This document shows positions 25,889-36,761 of a DNA stretch of 64,000 nucleotides, piece after piece (position 1 is the first letter of the stretch; each line of letters starts with the position of its first letter). The stretch spans positions 22,155 through 86,154 of the forward strand of contig DCCG01000002.1 of NCBI GenBank assembly GCA_002314145.1. The letters run 5' to 3'. Made by a program: the position numbers and the translations under genes. The DNA comes from Thalassolituus sp. UBA1087 (GTDB lineage: Bacteria > Pseudomonadota > Gammaproteobacteria > Pseudomonadales > Oceanobacteraceae). Below the pieces are notes generated by a model. The model was not told the DNA's origin and did not search any database. It worked only from the letters and a program-made list of their open reading frames with translations.

Positions 25889-28179
25889 AGCAGGCTGTTA
25901 TAGGCGTCATCGGAAATCCAAACTGCGGTAAAACCACCCTGTTTAACGCCTTAACCGGGGCTAAACAGAAGGTCGGCAACTGGCCTGGCGTGACCGTCGA
26001 GCGCAAAGAAGGCGTTATTAATCTGCGTGGTGAAACACACAAACTCGTGGACCTTCCGGGGACTTATGCGCTGGACAGTCATGATGATGAACTGTCAATG
26101 GATGAAAAAATCGCCCGTGAATTTGTGCTCAGCGGCGAAGCCCAGATCATCATCAATATTCTCGATGCCAGTAACCTGGAGCGGAACCTGTTTCTGACAT
26201 CCCAGCTGCTGGATATGGGCGTACCTGTGATCTGCGCCGTAAATATGGTGGATGTGGCAGAGCGAGAAGGTATTCACGTCAATACTCAGCTGTTATCCCA
26301 TCAGCTTGGCGTGCCGGTCGTGCCGATTGTTGCATCCACCGGCCAGGGGATTGATGAGCTGAACCGGGTACTGGCTCATTACATTGAACACGCCACTGTG
26401 GCGACGCCGCTGCTGCGCCTCGATAATAATCTTGAAGAAGCCGTTCAGTCGCTTAAAGAACAGCTGCAGGGAAGCGTTGATAACCCCTTCTGGCTGGCGA
26501 CCCGCGTCCTTGAAAATGATGTCTACGCCAACGGCATTCTGCCGGACAGCAAACGCCAGCAAATTCTGGACAGAGCCCGTCAGCTGCGTACAGAACTGGA
26601 GCAGTCGCATCAGCAGCCGATGGACGTGCTGATCGCCAACAGCCGCTATAAATCCATTCAGCATATTCTGCAACCCGTGCTGACGGTGAATAAGAAAGGC
26701 CAGTCGCTGAGTGAGAAAATCGATGCCTGGGTCATTAACCGCTGGCTCGGGATTCCGTTTTTCTTTTTTGTCATGTACCTGATGTTTCTGTTTGCCATTA
26801 ACGTCGGCGGTGCGTTTATCGATTTCTTTGATATTGCCTTTGCCACAGTATTTGTTGATGGCACCCATTACGTGCTCGACAGCGTCAATACACCGCAATG
26901 GCTGTCGACCCTGCTGGCCGATGGTCTGGGCGGTGGTATCCAGCTGGTTGCAACCTTTATTCCGGTGATCGGCAGCCTGTATCTGTTTCTGTCGGTGATT
27001 GAAGACTCGGGTTATATGGCGCGCGCCGCATTTGTGATGGACCGCCTGATGCGTGCTGTCGGACTGCCGGGTAAATCTTTTGTACCGCTGATCGTCGGCT
27101 TTGGCTGTAACGTGCCGGCGGTGATGGCAGCCCGCACCATGGATACAGAAAAAGACCGCCTGCTGACAATATCCATGGCGCCTTTTATGTCCTGTGGCGC
27201 GCGTCTGTCAGTGTACGCGTTGTTTGCTGCTGCCTTTTTCAAAGACAGCGGCGCGCTGATGGTTTTCAGTCTCTATGTACTGGGCATCGTGATGGCATTG
27301 ATCACCGGACTGGCACTGAAAAATACCCTTTTCAAACCAGACCTGACGCCATTTGTCATGGAATTACCGGCGTATCACGTACCCACACTAAAAGGCATTC
27401 TGATTAAAACCTGGGAACGTCTGAGATCGTTTTGTCTGCGCGCCGGTAAAACCATTGTGATGGTGGTGGTGATTCTGTCATTCCTGAATTCCATCGGTAC
27501 TGACGGCTCCTTCGGTAACCAGGACACACGCAACTCGGTGTTGTCGGAAGTTGCTGGCGTTGCCACTCCGGTACTGACGCCGCTGGGCGTGAATGAAAAT
27601 AACTGGCCGGCAACCGTGGGTATCATCACAGGTATTTTCGCCAAAGAAGCCGTGGTCGGTACCCTGGATGCGCTGTACAGCCCGGAAAACGGTGAAGACA
27701 CAGAGTACGATCTGTGGGGCGGTCTGGGCGAAGCCCTGCAAACTATTCCGGATAATGTCGCCGGTCTGGCTGACAGCCTGCTGGACCCGCTCGGACTCAG
27801 CCTGGTCGGTGCTGATCAGACTGCAGAGCAAGGCGTTCACAGCGGCACTTTTGCCAGTATGGTGCTGTTGTTCGGCAGCCAGATCGCGGCCTTTTCCTAT
27901 CTGGTCTTCGTGCTTTTGTATACCCCGTGTGTCGCCACTCTGGGCGCTATTGTAAGGGAATCGGGCATGCGCTGGATGCTGTTCGTCGCCGGCTGGAGCA
28001 CAGGTCTGGCGTACACCACCGCAGTGATCATTTATCAGCTCGGCACCTTTATGCAGCACCCGCTGAGCTCGTCTGCCTGGGTCGCTGGAAGTGCCGCTTT
28101 CATTGCCCTGTGTCTGTGGCGCATGAGAGTCTATGGCAACCGTCAGAACGAACGCTATATTCCGCTGACACAACTGTAA
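25885..28179 (+). CDS. feoB: Ferrous iron transport protein B
   Basis: G motifs GNPNCGKT, NWPGVTVE, DLPG, NMVD; gate motifs EDSGYMARAAF, GFGCNVPA, PFMSCGAR, LLYTPCVA. Confidence 0.98.
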   Translation: MKQAVIGVIGNPNCGKTTLFNALTGAKQKVGNWPGVTVERKEGVINLRGETHKLVDLPGTYALDSHDDELSMDEKIAREFVLSGEAQIIINILDASNLERNLFLTSQLLDMGVPVICAVNMVDVAEREGIHVNTQLLSHQLGVPVVPIVASTGQGIDELNRVLAHYIEHATVATPLLRLDNNLEEAVQSLKEQLQGSVDNPFWLATRVLENDVYANGILPDSKRQQILDRARQLRTELEQSHQQPMDVLIANSRYKSIQHILQPVLTVNKKGQSLSEKIDAWVINRWLGIPFFFFVMYLMFLFAINVGGAFIDFFDIAFATVFVDGTHYVLDSVNTPQWLSTLLADGLGGGIQLVATFIPVIGSLYLFLSVIEDSGYMARAAFVMDRLMRAVGLPGKSFVPLIVGFGCNVPAVMAARTMDTEKDRLLTISMAPFMSCGARLSVYALFAAAFFKDSGALMVFSLYVLGIVMALITGLALKNTLFKPDLTPFVMELPAYHVPTLKGILIKTWERLRSFCLRAGKTIVMVVVILSFLNSIGTDGSFGNQDTRNSVLSEVAGVATPVLTPLGVNENNWPATVGIITGIFAKEAVVGTLDALYSPENGEDTEYDLWGGLGEALQTIPDNVAGLADSLLDPLGLSLVGADQTAEQGVHSGTFASMVLLFGSQIAAFSYLVFVLLYTPCVATLGAIVRESGMRWMLFVAGWSTGLAYTTAVIIYQLGTFMQHPLSSSAWVAGSAAFIALCLWRMRVYGNRQNERYIPLTQL

Positions 28180-28185
28180 TACCCC

Positions 28186-28211
28186 ATGCGGCTGCCTCTC
28201 TGCAGCCGCAT
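28186..28211. other. GC-rich hairpin immediately after the feoB stop
   Basis: ATGCGGCTGC-CTCTCT-GCAGCCGCAT, a perfect 10-bp stem with no U-tract. Confidence 0.6.
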
Positions 28212-28337
28212 TCCCCGCCTCTGTCACACCTGACACAGATCATTCCGCCCGATTCTTTCTTTATTCTGACCTCAGGGTGCTGTGATCCGACCTTTGCCTG
28301 AGTTAGAATGCGCGCGATTTTAATCGGGGAGTCCGTA

Positions 28338-29603
28338 ATGGATCTGATCACTGACCAGGGGCAGTTGTTCATCATCCTGGCCTGTATCTTCGGCGCCTTT
28401 ATGGCCTGGGGCATTGGCGCTAACGATGTAGCAAATGCAATGGGAACCTCAGTGGGTTCCAAAGCTATCACTATCCGTCAGGCGGTTGTCATCGCCATCG
28501 TATTTGAATTTTTAGGGGCTTTGTTAGCCGGCGGTGAAGTAACCGCCACCATACGTAAAGGCATTATCGATCCCACGGCTCTCGCCGGGCAGCCGGAGCT
28601 GCTGGTCTTCGGCATGCTGGCCTCCCTGTTAGCGGCAGGCACCTGGCTGTTAATTGCTTCTTACCGGGGCTGGCCGGTCTCCACCACCCACTCCATTGTC
28701 GGCGCTATCGTCGGTTTTGCCGCTGTGGGGATTTCAATGGATGCCGTCAACTGGAGCAAAGTCGGTAATATTGCTGCCAGCTGGGTGGTGTCACCAGTCG
28801 TTGCCGGCAGTATCTCGTTTGTTCTCTATAAAACCATTCAGCACTTTATTCACGATAATCAAGATCCTTTCTCCCAATCAAAACGCCTGGTTCCCCTCTA
28901 CATCCTGTTGGTTGGTTTTATTATTTCCATGGTAACCCTGCTGAAAGGCCTCAAGCATCTGGGTCTGCAGCTGAGCTTTCTCGAATCGGTCGGTATTTCC
29001 CTCCTGGTGGGCATTCTGGTGATGCTGATCGGACGTGTGATTGTCAGTCGCATTCATGCCGACCCGGAAGTCTCAGAAGCCATCCACATAGCCAATGTGG
29101 AAAAGGTTTTTTCAGTGCTGATGATTTTCACCGCCTGTGCCATGGCGTTTGCCCATGGCTCTAACGACGTGGCCAATGCCATCGGGCCGCTGGCAGCCAT
29201 TTATGGTGTGATCAGCCACGGCGGGGAAATTGCAGCCAAATCAGCCGTCCCTGTGTGGATTCTGCTGGTTGGCGGCATGGGGATTGTTGCCGGCCTGGTG
29301 ACCTTTGGTCACCGCGTTATCGCAACGGTCGGGTCCGGCATCACTGAGCTGACCCCCAGCCGCGGATTTGCCGCCACCCTGGCAGCTGCTACTACAGTAG
29401 TGGTCGCTTCCGGTACAGGTCTGCCAATATCCACCACCCACGTATTGATCGGCGCTATTCTCGGCATTGGTCTGGCACTGGGCGCCGGGTCGCTCAACTA
29501 CCGTAAAGTCGGTTCAATCTTCATCTCCTGGCTGGTCACTCTTCCTGCCGGTGCCGCTCTGGCCATTCTGTTTTTCTTCATTTTCCGCGCCATCTGGTCT
29601 TAA
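28338..29603 (+). CDS. Inorganic phosphate transporter, PiT family
   Basis: Both PiT signatures present: GANDVANAMGT and HGSNDVANAIGP; PVSTTHS and PISTTHV; SD GGGGAG. Confidence 0.95.
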   Translation: MDLITDQGQLFIILACIFGAFMAWGIGANDVANAMGTSVGSKAITIRQAVVIAIVFEFLGALLAGGEVTATIRKGIIDPTALAGQPELLVFGMLASLLAAGTWLLIASYRGWPVSTTHSIVGAIVGFAAVGISMDAVNWSKVGNIAASWVVSPVVAGSISFVLYKTIQHFIHDNQDPFSQSKRLVPLYILLVGFIISMVTLLKGLKHLGLQLSFLESVGISLLVGILVMLIGRVIVSRIHADPEVSEAIHIANVEKVFSVLMIFTACAMAFAHGSNDVANAIGPLAAIYGVISHGGEIAAKSAVPVWILLVGGMGIVAGLVTFGHRVIATVGSGITELTPSRGFAATLAAATTVVVASGTGLPISTTHVLIGAILGIGLALGAGSLNYRKVGSIFISWLVTLPAGAALAILFFFIFRAIWS

Positions 29604-29787
29604 GATGCGTCATCAACCGCCGCTGGCGGTTGATGACCGGCTGAGGATCACCTGCCCCTGAGGATCATTAACAGGCATGATTCAGCCATCGGGCGTCTGC
29701 CTGATAGCACTTGCGATCTTTATATGGTACAAACGTACCAAGAATTCAGGACACTGATACTCTTCCATGATGACTGCGGAAACCTCT

Positions 29788-31047
29788 ATGAGCGAATTGT
29801 ACTTTCAGGACCTCACTCAGGCCTTGCATAAAGCCGGAGTGACGACCCCGACACTGGTCATCGACAAACAGCGCCTGGACCACAATATTGATCAGCTCAT
29901 CCAGACTCTGAATCAGGGATTCAATTACCGTATCGTCGCCAAATCCCTGCCCTCGGTTCCGCTGCTGCAGTACATCATGCGCCGCACCGGCACTCAGCGC
30001 CTGATGAGCTTTCATCTGCCTTTTCTGATGCATCTGGCCGAACAGATTCCGGCAGCCGATATTCTGATGGGCAAGCCGATGCCCGTGGCGGCTGCGCGGC
30101 ATTTTTATCAATGGCACGAACGCCAGACCGCTAACCTGTGTTTCTCGCCTGAGCATCAGCTGCAATGGCTGATAGACAGCCCGGAGCGCCTGCAGCAATA
30201 CGCAGATCTCGCCCGGCAGCTGCAACAGCCGATGCGCATCAGTCTGGAAATTGATATCGGACTGCACCGCGGTGGCTTTGCCGATGAGTCAGCATTTATC
30301 CGCGCCCTTAACATGCTGAAGAGCGACCCCTGGCTGACCTTCTCAGGGCTCATGGGGTACGAAGCCCATATCGCGAAAATTCCGGCTCTGCTGGGAGGCC
30401 CGGACAAAGCACTGCAACAGAGCCGCAGTCTGTATCGCCGCTTTGTTTCTCTGGTGCACCAGGTGCTGCAGCCGGAGCCGGATAATGAGCTGTGTTTTAA
30501 TACCGGCGGCAGTACCACCTACCCGCTGTACGAAAACTCAGACCTGAATACCGTGAACGAACTGGCCACTGCATCCGCGCTGGTGAAGCCCACGGATTTT
30601 GATCTTTACACCCTGAATGCGCACATGCCGGCTGCATTTATTGCCGCCCCCGTGCTCAAACAGATTAAAAAACCGGAATTACCCATGGCCCGCTCACTGT
30701 CTGCAGTGTTGCGCTGGCTGGGTAAACTGCCGTCAGACGCGGCCTTTATTTATGGCGGAAACTGGCTGGCAAGCCCCTGCTACCCAACGCCCTGCCAGCG
30801 CGCAAATATTCTTGGTCATTCCAGTAATCAGGAGCTGTATGAGCTGCCTGCCAACCACGTCATAAAAAACGATGACTATCTGTTTTTCCGGCCCAGTCAG
30901 AGCGAGGCGGTTTTGCTGCAGTTTGGCCATATTGCTGTGTACGATCAGGGCAGTATCAGTGAATACTGGCCGGTATTCAGTTACCCCCATGACTATACCG
31001 CGCCGCAACCGGATGCACCTGTGCATCCCGCTGCAGTGAATTCCTGA
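29788..31047 (+). CDS. Fold-type III PLP-dependent enzyme (alanine racemase N-terminal/DSD1-like)
   Basis: TPTLVID, YRIVAKSLP (PLP Lys), EIDIGLHRGG, GLMGYEAH, TGGS. The ORF is open from 29767. Confidence 0.85.
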   Translation: MSELYFQDLTQALHKAGVTTPTLVIDKQRLDHNIDQLIQTLNQGFNYRIVAKSLPSVPLLQYIMRRTGTQRLMSFHLPFLMHLAEQIPAADILMGKPMPVAAARHFYQWHERQTANLCFSPEHQLQWLIDSPERLQQYADLARQLQQPMRISLEIDIGLHRGGFADESAFIRALNMLKSDPWLTFSGLMGYEAHIAKIPALLGGPDKALQQSRSLYRRFVSLVHQVLQPEPDNELCFNTGGSTTYPLYENSDLNTVNELATASALVKPTDFDLYTLNAHMPAAFIAAPVLKQIKKPELPMARSLSAVLRWLGKLPSDAAFIYGGNWLASPCYPTPCQRANILGHSSNQELYELPANHVIKNDDYLFFRPSQSEAVLLQFGHIAVYDQGSISEYWPVFSYPHDYTAPQPDAPVHPAAVNS

Positions 31048-31067
31048 GCGTCACTTCAAGGGTTGCT

Positions 31068-32243
31068 ATGGCCATCGCTTTTATCCTTACCTGTCTGATT
31101 CTGCCGGCGCTGATCATTCTTCTGTGTCGCCGTTTTCCGGCGCTGGATAAAGCCGGTGTTGTGGTACTGGCCTTCGTCGCCGGGATCGGTTTATCCGCCG
31201 TCATCAGCGGCCAGGCATCCTGGCAGTCACTGAATGGAATAAGAACCTCCCTGTCAGAAATCTCTATTGCTCTCGCCTTACCACTGCTGGTGTTTTCTAT
31301 TGATGTGAAAGCATCACTGAGCATGGCGGGCGATACCATGAAGAGTATGGCGATCGCTCTGTTGTCCGTGATGCTGATCAGCGCCGGCGGCGCGTTTCTG
31401 TATGCCGGTTCTCTGCCCGATGTGTGGCAGATTTCAGCGATGTCGGTGGGCGCCTATACCGGTGGCGGCCCGAATATGGCGGCTATTAAAACCGCGATTG
31501 AAGCTGACGAAACCCTGTTCACGACCATGATAACGTACGACATTCTGTTGTCGTCGCTCTATCTGTTATTTGTTATGACGCTGGCCAAACCTCTGTTCAG
31601 CCGTTTTCTAAGACCATACAGCAGCGACGGAATGCATGCTTATCATGACGCTGAAACATTCAGTCATATGGCCGATGAGAGTGCCAATGCCTACGCCATA
31701 CTGGCCAGACCTGCGGTCTTAATGCAGGCGTTCGCCGGACTGGCACTGTCCGCTGCTATCGTCGGTATTTCTCTCGCCGCAGCATCCCTTGTACCTGGCC
31801 ATATGGCCTCGGCGGTCACCATCATCAGCATTACCACGCTAGGCGTTGCTGCCTCTTTTGTTCCTGTCGTACGCCGCCTTAAAGGGACCTTTCAGCTCGG
31901 CATGTACCTGATTCTGATGTTCTGTTTTACCACCGGCAGCATGACAGACACAGGCATTATCACTGACCTGAATCTGACACTCTTCACCTATATTGCATTT
32001 ATCCTGACGGGGTCACTGCTGCTACAGGCACTGATCTGCCGGTTATTAAACATTGATACCGACACCTTTCTGATTACATCATCCGCGGCCATTATGTCGG
32101 TGCCTTTTATCCCGGTCATCGCCGGTGCCCTGAAGAACCGCGATATTATTCTGCCGGGTTTTGCCGCCGCCATTATCGGCTACATTCTGGGCAATTATCT
32201 GGGGATAGCCATGGCCTATATCAGCCGTGCACTGATTACCTGA
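31068..32243 (+). CDS. DUF819 family multi-pass membrane protein
   Basis: About 11 hydrophobic segments; GAYTGGGPNMAAIK, TYDI, GYILGNYLG typical of DUF819. Confidence 0.8.
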   Translation: MAIAFILTCLILPALIILLCRRFPALDKAGVVVLAFVAGIGLSAVISGQASWQSLNGIRTSLSEISIALALPLLVFSIDVKASLSMAGDTMKSMAIALLSVMLISAGGAFLYAGSLPDVWQISAMSVGAYTGGGPNMAAIKTAIEADETLFTTMITYDILLSSLYLLFVMTLAKPLFSRFLRPYSSDGMHAYHDAETFSHMADESANAYAILARPAVLMQAFAGLALSAAIVGISLAAASLVPGHMASAVTIISITTLGVAASFVPVVRRLKGTFQLGMYLILMFCFTTGSMTDTGIITDLNLTLFTYIAFILTGSLLLQALICRLLNIDTDTFLITSSAAIMSVPFIPVIAGALKNRDIILPGFAAAIIGYILGNYLGIAMAYISRALIT

Positions 32244-32366
32244 GCTCCCTGCTGTAAGAATCAACGCATATAAGACTGCCCTTCATACGCTGCGATGCCT
32301 GCCTTATTAACACTCACAGGTTATAATGCCCGGCCTGATAATGACTGAAAGAGGCATGAGGTTTAT

Positions 32367-33038
32367 ATGGCGCCGGAGATTCAACGTTCACACACCCAGG
32401 ACTGCATCCGTCTGCAAACACCGGCAGCCGATTCGGCGATGATCTGGCTGCATGGTCTGGGAGCGACGAACGAGGATTTTGTACCGGTTTTCAAACGTAT
32501 CGTCAGTGCTCTGTCGCTGAACTGCATTGGTCTTTTTCCGCAGGCACCAACACGTCCGGTCACCTTCAGTGCGGGGATGCCCATGCCCTGCTGGTACGAT
32601 ATTTTAGGCGCCTCGCCAAAACGGATTATTAACGAAGAAGACCTGCACGCGTCGGCGCAACGTATACAGAGCATGATTAATGATCTGCAGAATGAAGGGA
32701 TTGCGGCAGACAGAATCTTTATTGCCGGTTTTTCTCAGGGCGGCGCTGTCGCTTATGAGACTGCACTGACCTTTGATAAACCACTGGCCGGTTTAATTTG
32801 TCTGTCGACCTATCTGGGCCGCCCGGTCAGCCCCGCCGATACATCTTTGCCGGTATTCTGTGCCCATGGTACCCGGGATGACGTCGTCCCTCTAACCTTA
32901 GGTAAGAACACACGGGATGAACTGAACGCTATGGGGCTGACAGCGCAGTGGCAGACCTACCCGATACAACATGAGGTCAGTCTGCCGGAAATTGCCGATA
33001 TTACGGATTTCGTGAGCCATCAGCTGGCGAAATCGTAA
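32367..33038 (+). CDS. Phospholipase/carboxylesterase (alpha/beta hydrolase)
   Basis: [12 protein letters not shown], nucleophile [17 protein letters not shown] (Ser-Asp-His triad). Confidence 0.92.
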   Translation: MAPEIQRSHTQDCIRLQTPAADSAMIWLHGLGATNEDFVPVFKRIVSALSLNCIGLFPQAPTRPVTFSAGMPMPCWYDILGASPKRIINEEDLHASAQRIQSMINDLQNEGIAADRIFIAGFSQGGAVAYETALTFDKPLAGLICLSTYLGRPVSPADTSLPVFCAHGTRDDVVPLTLGKNTRDELNAMGLTAQWQTYPIQHEVSLPEIADITDFVSHQLAKS

Positions 33039-35016
33039 ACTGGGAAGATATTTCTTTAAGCTTCTCGGCCAGTTGTCGCTGCTCCTGCGCGGTTTTGGTC
33101 ATAAAGTCAGACGTCGCCACCGTGTGCTCAGCAATTTTATAAATGCTGCGCATGCTGCCGGACATTTCTTTATTGGTGGCCACATGTTCTTCCGCGGCGG
33201 CGGCAACCTGATCCGTCATATCGCGGATATGGCCAATAGCCGCTTCAATTTTCTTCAGCTCACCGGTTAAGCCTGCCGACAATCCCACGGTTTCTTCAAC
33301 CGCCGCCTGTGATGTTTCCACGGCATCAAAGGCGCGTTTCGATTCCGTCTGGAAACGACTGACAATATTTTCAATTTCTGCGGTGGACTCCTGTGTACGC
33401 TGAGCCAGTGTCCTGACTTCGTCAGCAACCACCGCAAAGCCCCGGCCCTGTTCACCGGCGCGTGCAGCCTCAATGGCTGCATTCAGTGCCAGCAGGTTAG
33501 TCTGTTCAGCGATATTTTTAATCACCGACAACACGCCGCCAATGGCATCACTGGAACTGTGCAGATCGCGGATGACGGCAGAGACTTCGAGCATTCTCTC
33601 ATCCAGCTGGCGGATGACCGCCACGCTCTGTTCAACCGCTTTACCACTTACGCTGGCCACGTCATTGGCTGACTCTGTATTTTCAGCCACCTGCTGCATA
33701 CTGGTGGAAATTTCCTGAGTAGCAATCTCCTGCTGACTCATCGCCGTAACAACTTTACCGGTTTCCTGCTGCTGCAGATTCATGCCTTTACTGCTGAGTT
33801 TAATGGTCACATGGTTCTGCATGGATATCAGCGTCAGCTGAGCCGAAATATCCAGTATGCTTCTTACCGAGACTTCAATACGTTCCAGCATTTCGTTGCC
33901 GGCTTTGGCCGCGTCACCGAGTTCATCATCCTGCAGTACATCGAACCTGTGATTCAGCTGCAGTTCGCGCCCGGCGTGATGCAGGCCCTGCTGCAAGGCC
34001 ATAATCTGACGGTACATGGCCTTCGATATACTCCATACCAGCAGCAGCGTGATGATGGTGAGCAGCAAAAACGCGGTGCCGGTCGTCCAGGCACGCGCCC
34101 GGGTCGCCGCCAGCTGTTCGCTGACCATATCATGCAGCCCGGATTCCAGAGCCTCCTCCAGCTTTTTCAGGCCGTTGATACGGGCAGTCGAGCGGGCAAA
34201 CCAGTGGGATGAATCAACACCAAAGTTTTCATTACGGCTCAGGGCCGTCTCGCGCATTGCCTGTACATCCGCGACCGCATCGCTGTTGAGGAATTCCTCA
34301 TAGGCTCTCAGTGCAGCACCATCGGCGAAACGCCGGAAGCTCTGCAGATGGGCGTCCTGCTCTGATACCAGACGTACGAAACGGGCGAACAGAGCCGGGG
34401 TAAAACGGTCACTGCCAAAGACATTACTGAGCACAGCCCGTTCAATCCCGGCCCGCTCTTTGCCCTGCAGAAAACTGTAATAAGCCTGCAGACGACGGGC
34501 AACTTCGCCATCCGAGGTATAAGCCGTTGCCATCGCCGGCACCACCAGCAGGTGGTCAATGGTGCCGGTATAAAAGGCCAGCACATCCGGCAGCGCTGCA
34601 GTCATAGCATCGACCTGACCACGGAGCGTGTTCAGCCGGCTCAGCTGTTTTTTTACGTCATTCAGCGCACTGGCCAGTTCAGGATATTGCGTCAGCTGAG
34701 GACGACTGCTGACCAGCGATTGCCACGCCTGCCAACGTTCATCGGTCAGTTTACGCTGCGCCGGCAGTTTATCGCCGAAGGCCCGCCCCTGACTGCCCAG
34801 ATACCCGGCTGACATACCACGTTCTTTCTGCAGTTCATGGGCCAGCAAACTGTTCTCAGCACTGACTTCAACCAGTAACTGTACAGATTCAAGGCCATTG
34901 ATCTGCCTGAGCGCATTCGTCTGATTACTGACTTCCAGATACAGAGTCAGCAACAGGGGGACCGCCACCAGCAACAGAAGTTTGTACCTGACACTCAGAT
35001 TCCTTATCAATTTCAC
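33001..35016 (-). CDS. Methyl-accepting chemotaxis protein with periplasmic NIT (nitrate/nitrite-sensing) domain
   Basis: Two TM helices; [16 protein letters not shown] and [10 protein letters not shown] (NIT Arg/Glu motifs); signalling domain [34 protein letters not shown]. Confidence 0.9.
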   Translation of the reverse strand: MKLIRNLSVRYKLLLLVAVPLLLTLYLEVSNQTNALRQINGLESVQLLVEVSAENSLLAHELQKERGMSAGYLGSQGRAFGDKLPAQRKLTDERWQAWQSLVSSRPQLTQYPELASALNDVKKQLSRLNTLRGQVDAMTAALPDVLAFYTGTIDHLLVVPAMATAYTSDGEVARRLQAYYSFLQGKERAGIERAVLSNVFGSDRFTPALFARFVRLVSEQDAHLQSFRRFADGAALRAYEEFLNSDAVADVQAMRETALSRNENFGVDSSHWFARSTARINGLKKLEEALESGLHDMVSEQLAATRARAWTTGTAFLLLTIITLLLVWSISKAMYRQIMALQQGLHHAGRELQLNHRFDVLQDDELGDAAKAGNEMLERIEVSVRSILDISAQLTLISMQNHVTIKLSSKGMNLQQQETGKVVTAMSQQEIATQEISTSMQQVAENTESANDVASVSGKAVEQSVAVIRQLDERMLEVSAVIRDLHSSSDAIGGVLSVIKNIAEQTNLLALNAAIEAARAGEQGRGFAVVADEVRTLAQRTQESTAEIENIVSRFQTESKRAFDAVETSQAAVEETVGLSAGLTGELKKIEAAIGHIRDMTDQVAAAAEEHVATNKEMSGSMRSIYKIAEHTVATSDFMTKTAQEQRQLAEKLKEISSQFTISPADGSRNP

Positions 35017-35245
35017 GTGCTTCTCCGGATATCACGCCCATGGTCAGAATCAGACTAGATGATGATGTTTACTTCGTCCTGTGGCGCCCCGATGGATACG
35101 ACGTATTCATTAGAAGAAAGCCTCTGAGCCAGTCATAGCCTGACACTATTATCAGCAGCCGGGAGCTGTCCCTGCAGCGGATCTCTGGTATCCTTGCGCC
35201 TCTTTTTAACCCGTGAATCCATTCAGATCAGAGGCCAGCAGCACC

Positions 35246-35590
35246 ATGGTTACCATGTACGGCATCAAAAACTGCGACACCATCAAGAAAGCCCGCAAGT
35301 GGCTGGAAGACGCCGGCGTGGAATACAGGTTTCACGACTATAAAAAAGATGGTCTGGACGGGACGCTGCTGGATACCTTTATCGCTGATCTTGGCTGGGA
35401 AGCGCTGCTCAACCGCCGTGGCACTACCTGGCGTAAATTACCTGACGATGTCAGAGACAACATCGATGAAGCCTCTGCCAAAGCCGTGATGCTGGACAAT
35501 CCATCCATCATTAAGCGGCCTCTGCTGGATACCGGGAAACAGAAAATTCTGGGCTTTAAGGCTGATGATTACGCAGCACTCGGCCTGTAA
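35246..35590 (+). CDS. ArsC/Spx-like family protein (YffB type)
   Basis: [43 protein letters not shown]; located upstream of dapD. Confidence 0.92.
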   Translation: MVTMYGIKNCDTIKKARKWLEDAGVEYRFHDYKKDGLDGTLLDTFIADLGWEALLNRRGTTWRKLPDDVRDNIDEASAKAVMLDNPSIIKRPLLDTGKQKILGFKADDYAALGL

Positions 35591-35650
35591 TCTTTTCACA
35601 CTGACTTTGCTTTAACTTACGTCTGCGACGTACCGTATTGAGGAATCACT

Positions 35651-36682
35651 ATGACAAACGCATTTGCTCTGGCCATTGGTGTCGGCACCAAAAACAGTAA
35701 CGGCGACTGGCTGGAAGTTTACTACCAACAACCTCTGCTGAACCCGGATACAGCTCTGCTTGAAGCCGCCCGCGCTACCCTGGGTTATACCGGCGGCAAC
35801 GTGGCAATCGAAGCCGACGGTGGTGAACTGAGTGCGTTTGCAGATGCTGTTGAAGCAGCAGCCCCTGCTCAGGCAGCACTGGCCCGGGCCTGCACCGAAA
35901 GCGAAAAACCTGTGGTTATTACCGTGCTGGAAAGCGATGAACAGGCGTCTTCAACCCCGGAGGTGTACCTTAAGCTGCACCTGATTTCTCACCGTCTGGT
36001 GAAACCACACGGCCTTAATCTGACGGGTATTTTCGGCCTGCTGCCAAACGTTGCCTGGACCAACAAAGGTGCCATCGATCTGGCGGAACTGCCTCAGGCA
36101 CAACTGCAGGCACGTCTTAACGGTGAACTGCTGAGTGTTAACAGTGTGGATAAATTCCCGCGCATGACCGACTACGTCGTACCGGCAGGCGTCCGTATCG
36201 CTCACACCGCGCGTATCCGTTTAGGTGCTTATATTGGTGAAGGCACCACCGTGATGCATGAAGGCTTTGTTAACTTTAATGCCGGTACCCTGGGGACTTC
36301 GATGGTTGAAGGCCGTATCTCTGCCGGGGTCGTGATCGGTGACGGTTCTGACCTGGGCGGCGGCTGCTCCACCATGGGGACGCTGTCCGGTGGCGGTAAC
36401 ATTATTATTTCTGTGGGTGAAAAATGTCTGCTTGGCGCCAACGCCGGTATCGGCATCCCGCTGGGTGACCGCTGCACAGTGGAAGCCGGACTGTACGTCA
36501 CAGCCGGTACTAAAATTCAGGTGCTGGATGATCAAAAAAACCTGGTGGAAACCGTGAAAGGCCGCGATCTGGCCGGACAATCCGATCTGCTGTTCCGCCG
36601 TGATTCCATCACAGGTGCAGTGCAGTGCGTGACCAACAAAAGCGCGATCCAACTGAACGAAGAGCTGCACGCCAATAACTGA
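35651..36682 (+). CDS. dapD: Tetrahydrodipicolinate N-succinyltransferase (long form)
   Basis: YLKLHLISHRLVKPH, VDKFPRMTDYVVP, GTTVMHEGFVNFNAG, SMVEGRISAG, LHANN C-terminus. Confidence 0.97.
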   Translation: MTNAFALAIGVGTKNSNGDWLEVYYQQPLLNPDTALLEAARATLGYTGGNVAIEADGGELSAFADAVEAAAPAQAALARACTESEKPVVITVLESDEQASSTPEVYLKLHLISHRLVKPHGLNLTGIFGLLPNVAWTNKGAIDLAELPQAQLQARLNGELLSVNSVDKFPRMTDYVVPAGVRIAHTARIRLGAYIGEGTTVMHEGFVNFNAGTLGTSMVEGRISAGVVIGDGSDLGGGCSTMGTLSGGGNIIISVGEKCLLGANAGIGIPLGDRCTVEAGLYVTAGTKIQVLDDQKNLVETVKGRDLAGQSDLLFRRDSITGAVQCVTNKSAIQLNEELHANN

Positions 36683-36705
36683 GTGCGGCTGTGATAAACC
36701 TGAAG

Positions 36706-36730
36706 CACGCCAGTCGTACTGGCGTGTTTT
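36706..36730 (+). terminator. Intrinsic terminator after dapD
   Basis: CACGCCAGT-CGT-ACTGGCGTG-TTTT. Confidence 0.75.
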
Positions 36731-36761
36731 CTCCCTTCCTTCCACCGCGATCCTTTCACCG

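Noticed and set aside
27478-28236. 252-aa - strand ORF (also 26293-26898)
   Set aside because: Antisense shadow of feoB.
28180-28337. feoC after feoB
   Set aside because: No suitable ORF with the Cys-rich wHTH pattern; only a hairpin and the pit leader are present.
35017-35245. c-di-GMP riboswitch upstream of the chemoreceptor
   Set aside because: No GEMM-type GCAAA/GNRA-receptor architecture seen on the minus strand.
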